Virus record (IMG/VR): IMGVR_UViG_3300025015_000009 | Location: 1-64,000 of that record | DNA: 64,000 nt | DNA from: a virus | Lineage: Duplodnaviria; Heunggongvirae; Uroviricota; Caudoviricetes | Direction: 5' to 3' (one strand) | In this document: positions 53,299-62,720 of the stretch, in pieces | How the letters are laid out: every line of letters begins with the position of its first letter | Numbering within the stretch: position 1 is the first letter of the stretch | Translations under genes and position numbers: made by a program | The notes under the pieces: model-generated | Databases searched by the model: none | What the model saw: the letters and a program-made list of their open reading frames with translations, nothing else | What the model was told of the DNA's origin: nothing

Positions 53299-56200
53299 TT
53301 AGTTTCCTGCCATAACTTGCCAATCGGTTCCGTCACTTTGCAACATTGCCCATTTACCAGCGGTAGCGGCAAGAATCGCAGTACCAGCGGCTCCGCCGAT
53401 CATTGGAACCACGTTACTACTTGCTGATACTACCGTATTTGCAGTTATGGTTCTCAGATGAAGCACTCGCCCCGTGTATGCCGCAGCGGACGGTAGGGTT
53501 AATGTTTGAGTACCTGCATAGTTTGATATAACACTAGAGTCAGTTAGCAAGACTGAGTAAGTAGCTCCACTTGCTGTTACAATACTGTTAGTGATGTTTG
53601 ATGCTGCTACGTTTCCGGCTACGATTAACCCCGTAGACGATATGTCTACGACGTTCACCCCACTTATTGTAACCCCAATGTTGTTGGCTCCAATTCGATA
53701 GAGTCCACTGGTATTATCTGCGGCAAGGTATACCCCAGGGGCAGACACGGAACCAGCAGCAAACGACGATGTACTGGTTGCACTCAACGACGTAAAGTAC
53801 CCAGCTAACGGGGTAGTAGTTCCAATAACAACGTTGTTAATTTGGTTCCCTGCGCCGGCTATCGCGCCGCTAAGTGTGAATGCCGGCAGTACCCAGGCGG
53901 ATGCTGCTGTCCAAGTCCCGCCCACGGCGGCTCCAGTCGACAAAACTACGCTTCCGGTTCCAGTTGTATTTGCTGTAGAAACAGGGTTAAGTCCGTTGCC
54001 TTGAAGAATACCAGTTAACGATGCTACTCCCGTGCCGCCTTGTGATACTGTTACCGGAGCATTTGTGGTTAGTATTGCAGCCGAGGCATTTGGCAGCGTA
54101 AATGTTCTGGTTACTGTTGGTCCTGTGAACCCAACAAAGGTACTGCCAGTGCCGCCTTGTGCAACAGGTACAACGTCACTCGTAGTTAATATTGTAGCTG
54201 ATGCATCAGGTAAAACAAATACACGTTCGGTTGTAGTCGGACCTGTGAACTTAGTGAACCCATTGCCGGTGCCGCCCTGCGCCGACGTAACTAACGCATT
54301 AGTAGTTAGTATTGTCGCAGTGGCATCAGGTAACGTATAGGTTTTCTCTGTTGTAGTCGGCCCACTAAACTTAGCAAATCCATTACCAGTTCCACCTTGT
54401 GCCGACGTAACTAACGCATTTGTTGTTAGTATCGTAGCCGATGCGTTTGGTAAAGTAAATGTGCGTTCAGTTGTGGCTGGCCCAGTGAACTTGGTGAACC
54501 CGTTACTAGTGCCGCCTTGTGCTGATGTGACTAACGCATTAGTGGTTAGTATAGTAGTCGACACATCAGGTAACGTATAGGTTTTCTCTGTTGTGGTTGC
54601 ACCTGCGAACTTAGCAAATCCATTACCAGTTCCTCCTTGTGCTGATGTGACTAACGCATTAGTGGTTAGGATAGTAGTCGATGCATCAGGTAACGTATAG
54701 GTTTTCTCTGTTGTAGTCGGACCTGCGAACTTAGCAAATCCATTACCAGTGCCGCCCTGCTCCGAAGTAACTAACGCATTTGTTGTTAGTATTGTCGCAG
54801 TGGCATCAGGTAACGTAAACACCTTCTCTACCGTTGTCGGACCAGTGAACCTGGTAAATTCGTTACCAGTTCCTCCTTGTGCCGATGTAATTAAAGCATT
54901 AGTAGTTAGGATAGTAGTCGATACATCAGGTAACGTGTACGTCTTTTCTGTTGTGGTTGCACCTGCGAACTTAGCAAATCCATTGCCGGTGCCGCCTTGT
55001 GCCGATGTGACTAACGCATTAGTGGTTAGGATAGTAGTCGATGCATCAGGTAACGTATAGGTTTTCTCTGTTGTTGTTGGGCCAGCGAATTTAGCAAACC
55101 CATTACCAGTCCCTCCGTATGTAGACGCAATAACTTGTGTCAACCCCGCTGACCCGTTGAAGTTATTTCCATATATAGAACGCGGGGTTGCAATTACAGT
55201 CGCAGTATCTGCGTTACCGATTAAACTTCCTCTGAAATTAGTAGCGACGATATCGCCAGTTGTACCAGTCATCACCCCATTTATGTTATTCACTTGCGGG
55301 ATGAATGTTAAGTAACCGGTTGATTGATCAAACCCCATAAAACCGTTTTTCGATTTAACTGTGGTCCCGATTGAAGTAGTATACGTCGCTGCCGTCGGGG
55401 CAACAGTTACAACAAAACTAAACGTAGTTCCGTTGACTAGAGTTATTTTCCATGTACCGTTTAAGTTCGTTTCTTCAGTTCCGACTGCGCCTGTTATTGT
55501 GATGATATCGCCAGTTGCAAACCCTGTTGTGTCGGCAACCGTTCCTATAATAGTAGTTGATCCATCACTTATAAAGTTAACAATCGATAGTGTGGTCCCG
55601 TTCCATTTAAACTCAATCCCGCGGTCTTTTGTAATCTCTACTGTAGACGTTGCGCCACCTAGTACAAATGTCGGATCATCTATCGCCACAATCGCAGTTG
55701 TGGTTGTAGTTGTGGTCCCGTTTACTGTTAAATCTCCGCCAACAACCACGCCTGCAGACGTAATCGATAATATCGGTGGGAGCCAGGTGATCTCATCGCC
55801 TATTAAGTGAGACATGCCATTTGACACTGTCCATGAATGACCCAATGGTGTCATTCGATAATTTGACGCACCAGACGTTCTAGAATACCGATCTATTCCG
55901 ATATCATCGTAACAATTGTTGTATAAGGTTGAGTTCCCAATCCCATTGCTTTTCAGTAGAGTCGACAACAACTGAATTCCACTCTGTCCTGCAGGTAGTA
56001 CATTCGGGTTAACCCCGATGCCCAACGTATTTGTTGTGTTTAACACCATTGTTAATACTGGGGTTTGAACTGCGCCTGCAGTAACCGACGGCACAGTGTA
56101 CCATTTATGCTCGCCAGCTTCACCTGCGTATATTGTTGCTGCGCCAGTAACCAATGAAACATTCCCTGAGGTAGTTTTAACTGTGTTTGCGCCAACAAAC

Positions 56201-56847
56201 GTACCTGTTGCCTTGTCACTATACAACGCTGATGTTTCGAGTTGTATAGTAGTTACATCTCCTGTCCACAATGGATCGGACTGAACACCGATGCCAAGGT
56301 TAACACCTGTGTAATGAATATCAGCAGATTGAATTCGTTTGTTATTATCAACGTACACTATATGGTTTTCAGTCAACGAGGTTATGCCCAGTGTTCCGTT
56401 GGCAATAACTACATTACCCGACCCGTTCGGAGCAATACGTACATCCTGATTAGCTTCTCCATATGAAGATATAGTAGGTCCTGTTCCACTGATTCCACCT
56501 GTTATAGATAAGCTATTAATAGCACTAATCGGGTTGGCCAGACGAAGTACATCAGCAGTACGGGAGGTAATAGCAAGAGTATTAGCCAACGGCGAATATA
56601 TCCCAATCGGGACAATGGACGAGCTTAATGTAATCGCAGCCGAGTTCAAACCAATACTAGATACATCACTGTATATTGTTAGTATCTCGGTGTTCCCCAT
56701 TGTCGGGGCACCTTCATCTGCTGTTCCGTTCCCAATAAACAATCTGCGGGAATCTAACGCCCATCCTAATTCACCTGTTGCTAGTTGCGGGAGCTCTTCT
56801 TGAAGACCATGTCGAACTTTAATACGTGATTTCTGTGTAATAGCCAC
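53299..56847 (-). CDS. Long tail fibre protein with nine 40-aa tandem repeats
   Basis: 1182 aa. The unit TNALVTSAQGGTGNGFAKFAGPTTTEKTYTLPDASTTILT is repeated nine times, as a 120-bp DNA period over about 54060..55140. Thr/Gly-rich. Confidence 0.7.
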   Translation of the reverse strand: MAITQKSRIKVRHGLQEELPQLATGELGWALDSRRLFIGNGTADEGAPTMGNTEILTIYSDVSSIGLNSAAITLSSSIVPIGIYSPLANTLAITSRTADVLRLANPISAINSLSITGGISGTGPTISSYGEANQDVRIAPNGSGNVVIANGTLGITSLTENHIVYVDNNKRIQSADIHYTGVNLGIGVQSDPLWTGDVTTIQLETSALYSDKATGTFVGANTVKTTSGNVSLVTGAATIYAGEAGEHKWYTVPSVTAGAVQTPVLTMVLNTTNTLGIGVNPNVLPAGQSGIQLLSTLLKSNGIGNSTLYNNCYDDIGIDRYSRTSGASNYRMTPLGHSWTVSNGMSHLIGDEITWLPPILSITSAGVVVGGDLTVNGTTTTTTTAIVAIDDPTFVLGGATSTVEITKDRGIEFKWNGTTLSIVNFISDGSTTIIGTVADTTGFATGDIITITGAVGTEETNLNGTWKITLVNGTTFSFVVTVAPTAATYTTSIGTTVKSKNGFMGFDQSTGYLTFIPQVNNINGVMTGTTGDIVATNFRGSLIGNADTATVIATPRSIYGNNFNGSAGLTQVIASTYGGTGNGFAKFAGPTTTEKTYTLPDASTTILTTNALVTSAQGGTGNGFAKFAGATTTEKTYTLPDVSTTILTTNALITSAQGGTGNEFTRFTGPTTVEKVFTLPDATATILTTNALVTSEQGGTGNGFAKFAGPTTTEKTYTLPDASTTILTTNALVTSAQGGTGNGFAKFAGATTTEKTYTLPDVSTTILTTNALVTSAQGGTSNGFTKFTGPATTERTFTLPNASATILTTNALVTSAQGGTGNGFAKFSGPTTTEKTYTLPDATATILTTNALVTSAQGGTGNGFTKFTGPTTTERVFVLPDASATILTTSDVVPVAQGGTGSTFVGFTGPTVTRTFTLPNASAAILTTNAPVTVSQGGTGVASLTGILQGNGLNPVSTANTTGTGSVVLSTGAAVGGTWTAASAWVLPAFTLSGAIAGAGNQINNVVIGTTTPLAGYFTSLSATSTSSFAAGSVSAPGVYLAADNTSGLYRIGANNIGVTISGVNVVDISSTGLIVAGNVAASNITNSIVTASGATYSVLLTDSSVISNYAGTQTLTLPSAAAYTGRVLHLRTITANTVVSASSNVVPMIGGAAGTAILAATAGKWAMLQSDGTDWQVMAGN
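54060..55140. repeat. 120-bp coding tandem repeat (nine copies) inside the tail fibre gene
   Basis: The period is visible directly, for example ...gttagtattgtcgcagtggcatcaggtaacgta... recurring every 120 nt. Confidence 0.7.
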
Positions 56848-56908
56848 TGTTTAGTATCCTTCTAACTTAATAGTATATTTATACTAAGAAGTGCACCTGT
56901 ATTTTCTC

Positions 56909-57640
56909 CTATAGTTCGTTGGTATGCATTCGATAGTACGTTTCAACCGTTGTCCACCACGTATCTTCCCATTTGTTAAAATCCTGTGGTAACAAGTCAA
57001 ACTGTTGGTATTGCAGGTCTTGGGAACACATGAAAATCGATCCTCTGCGAATATTAGTTCCGTATACCTTGTTATGTGCTAGTATATATGCCATAAGTTG
57101 TTCGTAATATGAACTAACCCATTCTGGTTTCTTAGGTTTAATAGTTTGCTTGTAGTCCATAACTGCTTCTTCGCCGTTGAGCACTCCTATTAGATCTGTT
57201 GTCCCCGAATACAGCTCAGGGTAGTACAAACTTTGCTCAGCAGCCCATATCTCGGATATATTAACAAATGCATTCTCGATTATAACTGACGCCATACTAT
57301 GCGCCTTTACGTGTACTAAGTTCTTGCCTGGCAGTCGTTCGATTCCAGCGATGTATCGTTCGAGATTATTATGCATTGCTGTCCCCACCCCAGCAGCCTC
57401 TGTTGATATTCGTTGTGCATTTTCTTTCCCGACTCGTTTTTTCCATTCGATCAGATGAGTCATGTCTTTAGTGGCAGACAGAATGGTTGTGACCGACGGG
57501 GTTTTCTTACCATCAGGAGACTCATACAGCCGTTTTCCTTCTAGATTAACTTGTTTGCAGTTTTGGTATTGAATCCGATTAGTAAAGGGAGGTGGTGTAT
57601 GTATAATTGTCATAGTACAAGTATATAGCAAAAGAAACAA
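56909..57640 (-). CDS. PD-(D/E)XK superfamily nuclease (Cas4/RecB/YqaJ-like fold)
   Basis: GTTDLIGVLNGEEAVMDYKQTIK gives the D...(D/E)YK core. Confidence 0.45.
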   Translation of the reverse strand: MFLLLYTCTMTIIHTPPPFTNRIQYQNCKQVNLEGKRLYESPDGKKTPSVTTILSATKDMTHLIEWKKRVGKENAQRISTEAAGVGTAMHNNLERYIAGIERLPGKNLVHVKAHSMASVIIENAFVNISEIWAAEQSLYYPELYSGTTDLIGVLNGEEAVMDYKQTIKPKKPEWVSSYYEQLMAYILAHNKVYGTNIRRGSIFMCSQDLQYQQFDLLPQDFNKWEDTWWTTVETYYRMHTNEL

Positions 57641-57688
57641 AGGTCAAAAAAATAGGACACCGAAGTGTCCTATTTAATTGTTACTATC

Positions 57689-58351
57689 TTACAAACAAGT
57701 AAGAATAGATGTTGCCGGATCTACACTACACACCCGTCCGGCTGGAATTTGTGCAGGCGGATTCGTTGCATGATTGTCAACTGCATGATTGTCAACTGCA
57801 TGACTGTCGGTTGAAGTGGTCGTGTTTGTTGTGGTGTTTGCATCATGCGAATCGGTTGTTGTCGTTGCACCAGTGGTGTTTGTTGTATTTGTGGTGTTCC
57901 CTTGAATCTGTGACCCCATTCCCAGAAACGCACTGTTAGTTGACAACGCAACGTCGCGTGAATTATTAGACTGTGCGATCGCAATTCTTGCGTTCGATCC
58001 AATTCCATATGCTTGAACTAACGTCGGGACTAGTAACCCAGCCCACGCCAATGCTCTATCCCCAGGATTTACAGGTGCTGCAAGAGTAGACTGTGGCGTG
58101 CTTTCTGCTAATTGGGTAGTGTTCCCTCCCATTGCTAACGCAAGAATACCTGCCACTCTTGCAGTTGCATCTGAGCCAGCAGACAGTTCCTTAATAGCTT
58201 CGTACTTTGCTTTTTCGGCTTCTGCTTTAGCAACAGCAACGGCCGAGTGTCCGGCGCTTTCCTTGTCTCTGGCCTGGTAGTACCTCTCGTAATCCGTCGC
58301 GCACCCAGTTAGCCCGATAATAAGTGATAAACTCAGTAAAAATTGTTTCAT
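57689..58351 (-). CDS. Lipoprotein with a Thr/Asn-rich low-complexity C-terminal region
   Basis: MKQFLLSLSLIIGLTGC has lipobox LTGC. HAVDNHAVDNHA and NTTNTTNTT repeats. Confidence 0.5.
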   Translation of the reverse strand: MKQFLLSLSLIIGLTGCATDYERYYQARDKESAGHSAVAVAKAEAEKAKYEAIKELSAGSDATARVAGILALAMGGNTTQLAESTPQSTLAAPVNPGDRALAWAGLLVPTLVQAYGIGSNARIAIAQSNNSRDVALSTNSAFLGMGSQIQGNTTNTTNTTGATTTTDSHDANTTTNTTTSTDSHAVDNHAVDNHATNPPAQIPAGRVCSVDPATSILTCL

Positions 58352-58372
58352 AATATTGCTCCTATGTTGTAT

Positions 58373-58750
58373 TTATATGCCTGATGCTCGTTTAGCCATC
58401 TGCGATACTGTTGTCTCTTGTTCTGTTTCCGCTGGGACATCGTTGTCAGCAATGTCTGCTTCTTCGTCGTTCTCTGTCCGAAGTGTAATCGAGTCTTTAT
58501 TAAAAGACTTAACTAAGTTCTTAACCAACGGAGAACTATTTGCTACAACCAGGTCCTGGTAACAGAAACTCTCATGACCTGCTTTTTGAACCAACGAAAT
58601 AAAGCTACTTGTTTTAATAGATGGACTACTTCCGTCCACTGACGCTCGTTGTCGAAGGAACTGTAACATTGTAGCGATACTCGCAGCTAGGTCTTCACCG
58701 TCGGCCGAGTCCTCTTTAATGTAACTACTTGGCATAAATTCGTTAAATCG
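58373..58750 (-). CDS. Hypothetical protein, MRxNE[IF] N-terminal family (start revised)
   Basis: The track ORF overlaps its upstream neighbour. The internal Met gives MRFNEFMPSSYIKE, which fits the family. Confidence 0.35.
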   Translation of the reverse strand, partial: RFNEFMPSSYIKEDSADGEDLAASIATMLQFLRQRASVDGSSPSIKTSSFISLVQKAGHESFCYQDLVVANSSPLVKNLVKSFNKDSITLRTENDEEADIADNDVPAETEQETTVSQMAKRASGI

Positions 58751-58760
58751 CATAAGTACC

Positions 58761-59126
58761 TTAGTTGATTGCGCGCGCTGCCATAGCAGCGACAGTCGAC
58801 TGGTTCTTCTCTTTAACCGACGCTGCATCTTTCTGTGATGTGTTGTCGTTTGTTACCGTTGTTGCTTCTTTTGAAAACTTCACCTTCTTTGCGTCGATTG
58901 ACGAAATTTGCTTCTGTACGGCTGGACTGCGCTCGTTTGCATCAATTAAGTCCTTAAGAGTAAAAGACTGTCCAGTCTTTTCAATTATCATATTAATCAA
59001 CGCTGGCGTGTCGATCTCGCTGTGGCCTTGATGGACCAGTTTCTGCAACACCCTACTAATTAATCTGGCCACAGTGACTACGTCAGCGAAGCTACGATTT
59101 TCGTTTACTATTTCAGAAACTCTCAT
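58761..59126 (-). CDS. Hypothetical protein, MRxxEIxxE N-terminal family
   Basis: Begins MRVSEIVNEN. Confidence 0.4.
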   Translation of the reverse strand: MRVSEIVNENRSFADVVTVARLISRVLQKLVHQGHSEIDTPALINMIIEKTGQSFTLKDLIDANERSPAVQKQISSIDAKKVKFSKEATTVTNDNTSQKDAASVKEKNQSTVAAMAARAIN

Positions 59127-59794
59127 TAACGCAACTCTCTACCAGCAGCATCGTTGCCACCAACTGCTGCATCTGCCGCATCAAACCCATCTGAACTGTT
59201 GTCCAAATCCTCTTGTCCGTTGATCTCTGGTCCTTCCTGCGGTACACCGCCTACCTGCATTGCAGATGAGTCTACATCTCCTGTTAATGCTCTAACACTA
59301 GAATCAGCCTGATCGCGTGACAATGTTAGTTGACCAGCAAGAGTTGCTAACATTTGGCCAATTGATGCCTTAAACGCATCGGCTTCTGCGCTTCCAATTT
59401 GATCTCGAATTGTGTCAGCAAGAGCAGGTAGTTGCTCGTTCTGAATTTTTCCGGCCTTCTCTATCATATTCTGAATACTATCTACTATGTCTCGTGCGGC
59501 AAGTAACGCCTCCGCCTGGCCAACTTCGCCTTCAGTTAGTTGTTTCTTCTCTTGCATCCAGTTGACGAGACTCTCTCGAACCAAAATCAGTTCAGTGTAT
59601 TTCGGACTCTTCTCGGAAGAATGAATGTCCGAACTAAGTCGAATTTTCGCAATGGCCTCAGTTAACGAACGGGTTAACTTTTGTGCTTTGGTCATTGACA
59701 TATTATTAAAGTCCACCGTAAATCCAAACCTAGATTCAAAGATTCGATTCATTTTGCCGTAGTACGCCCGTGTTCCCATATCTGTTAATTTCAT
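59126..59794 (-). CDS. Hypothetical protein
   Basis: 222 aa. Confidence 0.3.
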   Translation of the reverse strand: MKLTDMGTRAYYGKMNRIFESRFGFTVDFNNMSMTKAQKLTRSLTEAIAKIRLSSDIHSSEKSPKYTELILVRESLVNWMQEKKQLTEGEVGQAEALLAARDIVDSIQNMIEKAGKIQNEQLPALADTIRDQIGSAEADAFKASIGQMLATLAGQLTLSRDQADSSVRALTGDVDSSAMQVGGVPQEGPEINGQEDLDNSSDGFDAADAAVGGNDAAGRELR

Positions 59795-60294
59795 AGTTTA
59801 AAATCCCTAAGTTTATAATATTTAGCCAAGTTTATCTTTTTTTCTAATTCTTTTGACACTACCTGAATCAGCGCACTAGTTTGTAAGTAACGAGCAGTGT
59901 ATAAATCTTGCTTCCACTGATCCTGTGTTTGCATTGCTGCGGTTAGTCTTGCTTTAAATGCAAGATTGTCTAGCTTTAACACTGCGACGTGCTTGTCTAA
60001 CCGTGCAATATCTAATGCTTCTTCTTCGTTCTTTGTTTGCATACACACACAATATAACATTGCGTTTGTGTAATTGTTAAGCACCACTGTTGAATTAATG
60101 TCTGTAACTACCCATCCGTTGTCAGTATTAATCACTTTATATCTTCCGACTATGTACTTATCGGTGTTTATCTTAAGACACAGTGGTAATTTTCTAAAAG
60201 TAAATGTTCGTCTTTCCAGCTCGCTGCGTGTTAACGTTTTGAGTGCATTAAACGAGAGAACTTCTGTTGCTTTGTTTATACGATACCTGGCCAT
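59791..60294 (-). CDS. Hypothetical protein
   Basis: 167 aa. Confidence 0.3.
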   Translation of the reverse strand: MARYRINKATEVLSFNALKTLTRSELERRTFTFRKLPLCLKINTDKYIVGRYKVINTDNGWVVTDINSTVVLNNYTNAMLYCVCMQTKNEEEALDIARLDKHVAVLKLDNLAFKARLTAAMQTQDQWKQDLYTARYLQTSALIQVVSKELEKKINLAKYYKLRDFKL

Positions 60295-60469
60295 TATTGA
60301 CCTTTCTGATTAAAACGTCCTTAACTACCAGCTGGTTTGCTAGTAACTGATCCCGATCGGTTAGTTCCTTCTTTAAGACACTCTTATCAACTGGGAGCTT
60401 TCCTAAGAAATCAGCTTCTTCGTTCGTTAAGGGCACTTGATATTTTCCACTAATTTCTGCTATTCTCAT
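60248..60469 (-). CDS. Small protein, MRxxEI N-terminal family
   Basis: Begins MRIAEISGK. Confidence 0.3.
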   Translation of the reverse strand: MRIAEISGKYQVPLTNEEADFLGKLPVDKSVLKKELTDRDQLLANQLVVKDVLIRKVNNGQVSYKQSNRSSLV

Positions 60470-60521
60470 TAACGAGTTCCTATAAAGTTATACACCTCAA
60501 CGTGAGATCTCATGCTAATAT

Positions 60522-60905
60522 TTATGCAGCTTCGATGTATATGTTTCTTGTAATATGGTTTAAAAAAAACATTGCACTGGGTATGTTGGCAGTTTCATCT
60601 AAATTCAAAACTATAGGCACGTAGTCGATGTCGTTGTTTATTATACTACACATGTCAGTTAGGTCGTCAGTCCGAAAGCTAAAGGCCCATACTATTTGGT
60701 CACCTGTATAATGTGTTCCAAACAAGAACGCGGCTATATTTCCATACTGGGTTACAGGTAAACTAGTTATCGTCGGTGTTGTTCTAAAGTTAAGCACTGC
60801 TAACACTGCTTCCCAGTTCCGTTGCTGGTTCCTGGGTTTGTCGTCGGTTTGAGTTTGTACATTCGTACAAGTTATATCAACTAAGGTGTATCCGATGTAA
60901 TCCAT
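60522..60905 (-). CDS. Hypothetical protein
   Basis: 127 aa. Confidence 0.3.
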   Translation of the reverse strand: MDYIGYTLVDITCTNVQTQTDDKPRNQQRNWEAVLAVLNFRTTPTITSLPVTQYGNIAAFLFGTHYTGDQIVWAFSFRTDDLTDMCSIINNDIDYVPIVLNLDETANIPSAMFFLNHITRNIYIEAA

Positions 60906-61026
60906 ACTCTATTTATGGTCAACAAAAACTGTTTCAAGTAAATTAGGCTAACTTGATACCTAAAGATGATAAATAATAGTACAGTTCGCAAGAGTAGAGT
61001 CTCTGACTACTCTAACACTATGAGGA

Positions 61027-61644
61027 GTGCCGACAATGATATTTATTGATAACAAATACACTAAGTGGTATAATAGCATTATTTCAAATGCAAAAACAAG
61101 AAGGGCAATACTAGACTATACAGAAAAACATCACATTGTACCGAAGAGTTTAGGAGGGAATAATAGTAAGGAAAATTTAGCAGTGTTATCTGCCCGAGAA
61201 CATTTTATATGTCACTTATTATTACCAAAGATGGTCGAAGGAAAAGCAAGAAGTAAAATGGCCTATGCATTCTTTCGGTTTAGGCACAAGGCAACAAACA
61301 GTAAAATTTTCGATAAATTCCGCACCGCATATGGCAAATTAACCGCCGGCGAGAATAATAGATTCTACGGTAAGAAACACTCTAACGAAACTAAAGAAAG
61401 ATTAAGACAGTATGCACTACTTCGTCCAGGTACAAGAACTGGGGCTATATATTCAGATGAATTAAAACAAAAACTGAAAGATTCTAGGCGCAAAGGTCTA
61501 TTAGATGGTTCGATTATTCCGTGGAATAAAGGTATCAAGCAAGACCTAAAGTTATCCTGCCCACACTGTGGTAAAGTAACGAATAGTAAATGGACATACA
61601 CAAGATACCACGGAGAAAATTGCCCCAATAAAAAAGCGGCATAA
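61027..61644 (+). CDS. HNH homing endonuclease with NUMOD-like repeats
   Basis: EKHHIVPKSLGGNNSKENLAVLSAREHFICH is the HNH core. Confidence 0.75.
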   Translation: MPTMIFIDNKYTKWYNSIISNAKTRRAILDYTEKHHIVPKSLGGNNSKENLAVLSAREHFICHLLLPKMVEGKARSKMAYAFFRFRHKATNSKIFDKFRTAYGKLTAGENNRFYGKKHSNETKERLRQYALLRPGTRTGAIYSDELKQKLKDSRRKGLLDGSIIPWNKGIKQDLKLSCPHCGKVTNSKWTYTRYHGENCPNKKAA

Positions 61645-61662
61645 CACCGCTTTTTTATCTTA
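61633..61662. terminator. Bidirectional rho-independent terminator
   Basis: aaaaAGCGGcataacaCCGCTtttttat, a GC stem flanked by A-run and T-run, between convergent genes. Confidence 0.65.
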
Positions 61663-61674
61663 TTACATTAAATC

Positions 61675-62079
61675 TCACGCAAGTTTGATTCCGCCAGTTG
61701 ACGTGCAAGTTGCGGTAGCCAGGCTGATTGCGCCAATACCAGTTGTTGTCAGTGTACGAATTGCATCACGTAATGCTGTATCAGATACCCAGCTATTACC
61801 TTCTACCAATACGCTCAACGGAGCACCTGCTCCAGAATCACCTTGATATGCAAGAATAGTTGCGTTCTGAGCAATAATCTGCAGAACAGCTTCTACCGCT
61901 CCGCCCACTCCAAACTCTTGGGTTGTTAGATCAATACCACCTTGTGCGATTCTGTATGCTGTGATCTTTTTACCGATACCAGTTGATACGATTGTACCAG
62001 CTACATACGCACCTTTGTATCCAACGTCAACGTTAGGAACACCTGCTGAATCACCATTAAAACGAGTTACTGTTGCCAT
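61675..62079 (-). CDS. Hypothetical Gly/Ala/Thr-rich protein (possible virion protein)
   Basis: 134 aa. Confidence 0.3.
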   Translation of the reverse strand: MATVTRFNGDSAGVPNVDVGYKGAYVAGTIVSTGIGKKITAYRIAQGGIDLTTQEFGVGGAVEAVLQIIAQNATILAYQGDSGAGAPLSVLVEGNSWVSDTALRDAIRTLTTTGIGAISLATATCTSTGGIKLA

Positions 62080-62150
62080 AATTATTTCCTCTCAAAAAGT
62101 ACACTACTATTTAGATAGTGTGTATAATTATTTATCAATTTAACAAAATT

Positions 62151-62720
62151 CTACAAGTTATGTGTTCGTTTAAAAATAACATACAAGTCTGTTTGTAGCG
62201 CTCGTTCGTTACACTCGGCTCGCAGTGTTGTCAACGTACTATGCTTCTCAGCTGTGGATGCCTGGTGCCAATCTCCTACGATTCGACGAATCGAACTATA
62301 TTTGTTAATCCTAAAATACGTTTCCAGTATCAGTAAAAATGCGCGATCTTGACTGTGATGTGCGTTCTCGTACTTCATATCTGTTAGGTACCGTTTGAGT
62401 TGCAGCAACGGAACCGATATAGTAAAATCAGCATAAATTGGTTGTAAAAACTTGTCCTGATTTGCCAACACCGAAACCAGATTGTAGTAATCGGTTTGTG
62501 AGGGACACATATAAGAGAAGTCTTGTTTCCTTAACGTCTTTTCTGCATACTCTCTGGCAGAGAAATGATAGTTTTTATCTACTTCTACTCGCATTATCTC
62601 TAAGCAGAACGTTAATAGTAATATGGCTTCTGCTAACTCTGCGGCGGTTTTATTTCGTATCGACGACCCATCGTTGTAGTATCGCGCTTCGTGTAGCTCT
62701 TCTAAGAAGGGAAGGTTCAT
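62151..62720 (-). CDS. Hypothetical protein
   Basis: 189 aa. Confidence 0.3.
   Translation of the reverse strand: MNLPFLEELHEARYYNDGSSIRNKTAAELAEAILLLTFCLEIMRVEVDKNYHFSAREYAEKTLRKQDFSYMCPSQTDYYNLVSVLANQDKFLQPIYADFTISVPLLQLKRYLTDMKYENAHHSQDRAFLLILETYFRINKYSSIRRIVGDWHQASTAEKHSTLTTLRAECNERALQTDLYVIFKRTHNL

Noticed and set aside
54032-55810. Plus-strand ORFs with their own tandem repeats (54032..54340, 54749..55060, 55361..55810) in the long fibre gene
   Set aside because: They are the reverse-complement reading of the 120-bp coding repeat, not independent genes and not a CRISPR array. The repeats are directly adjacent with no spacers.
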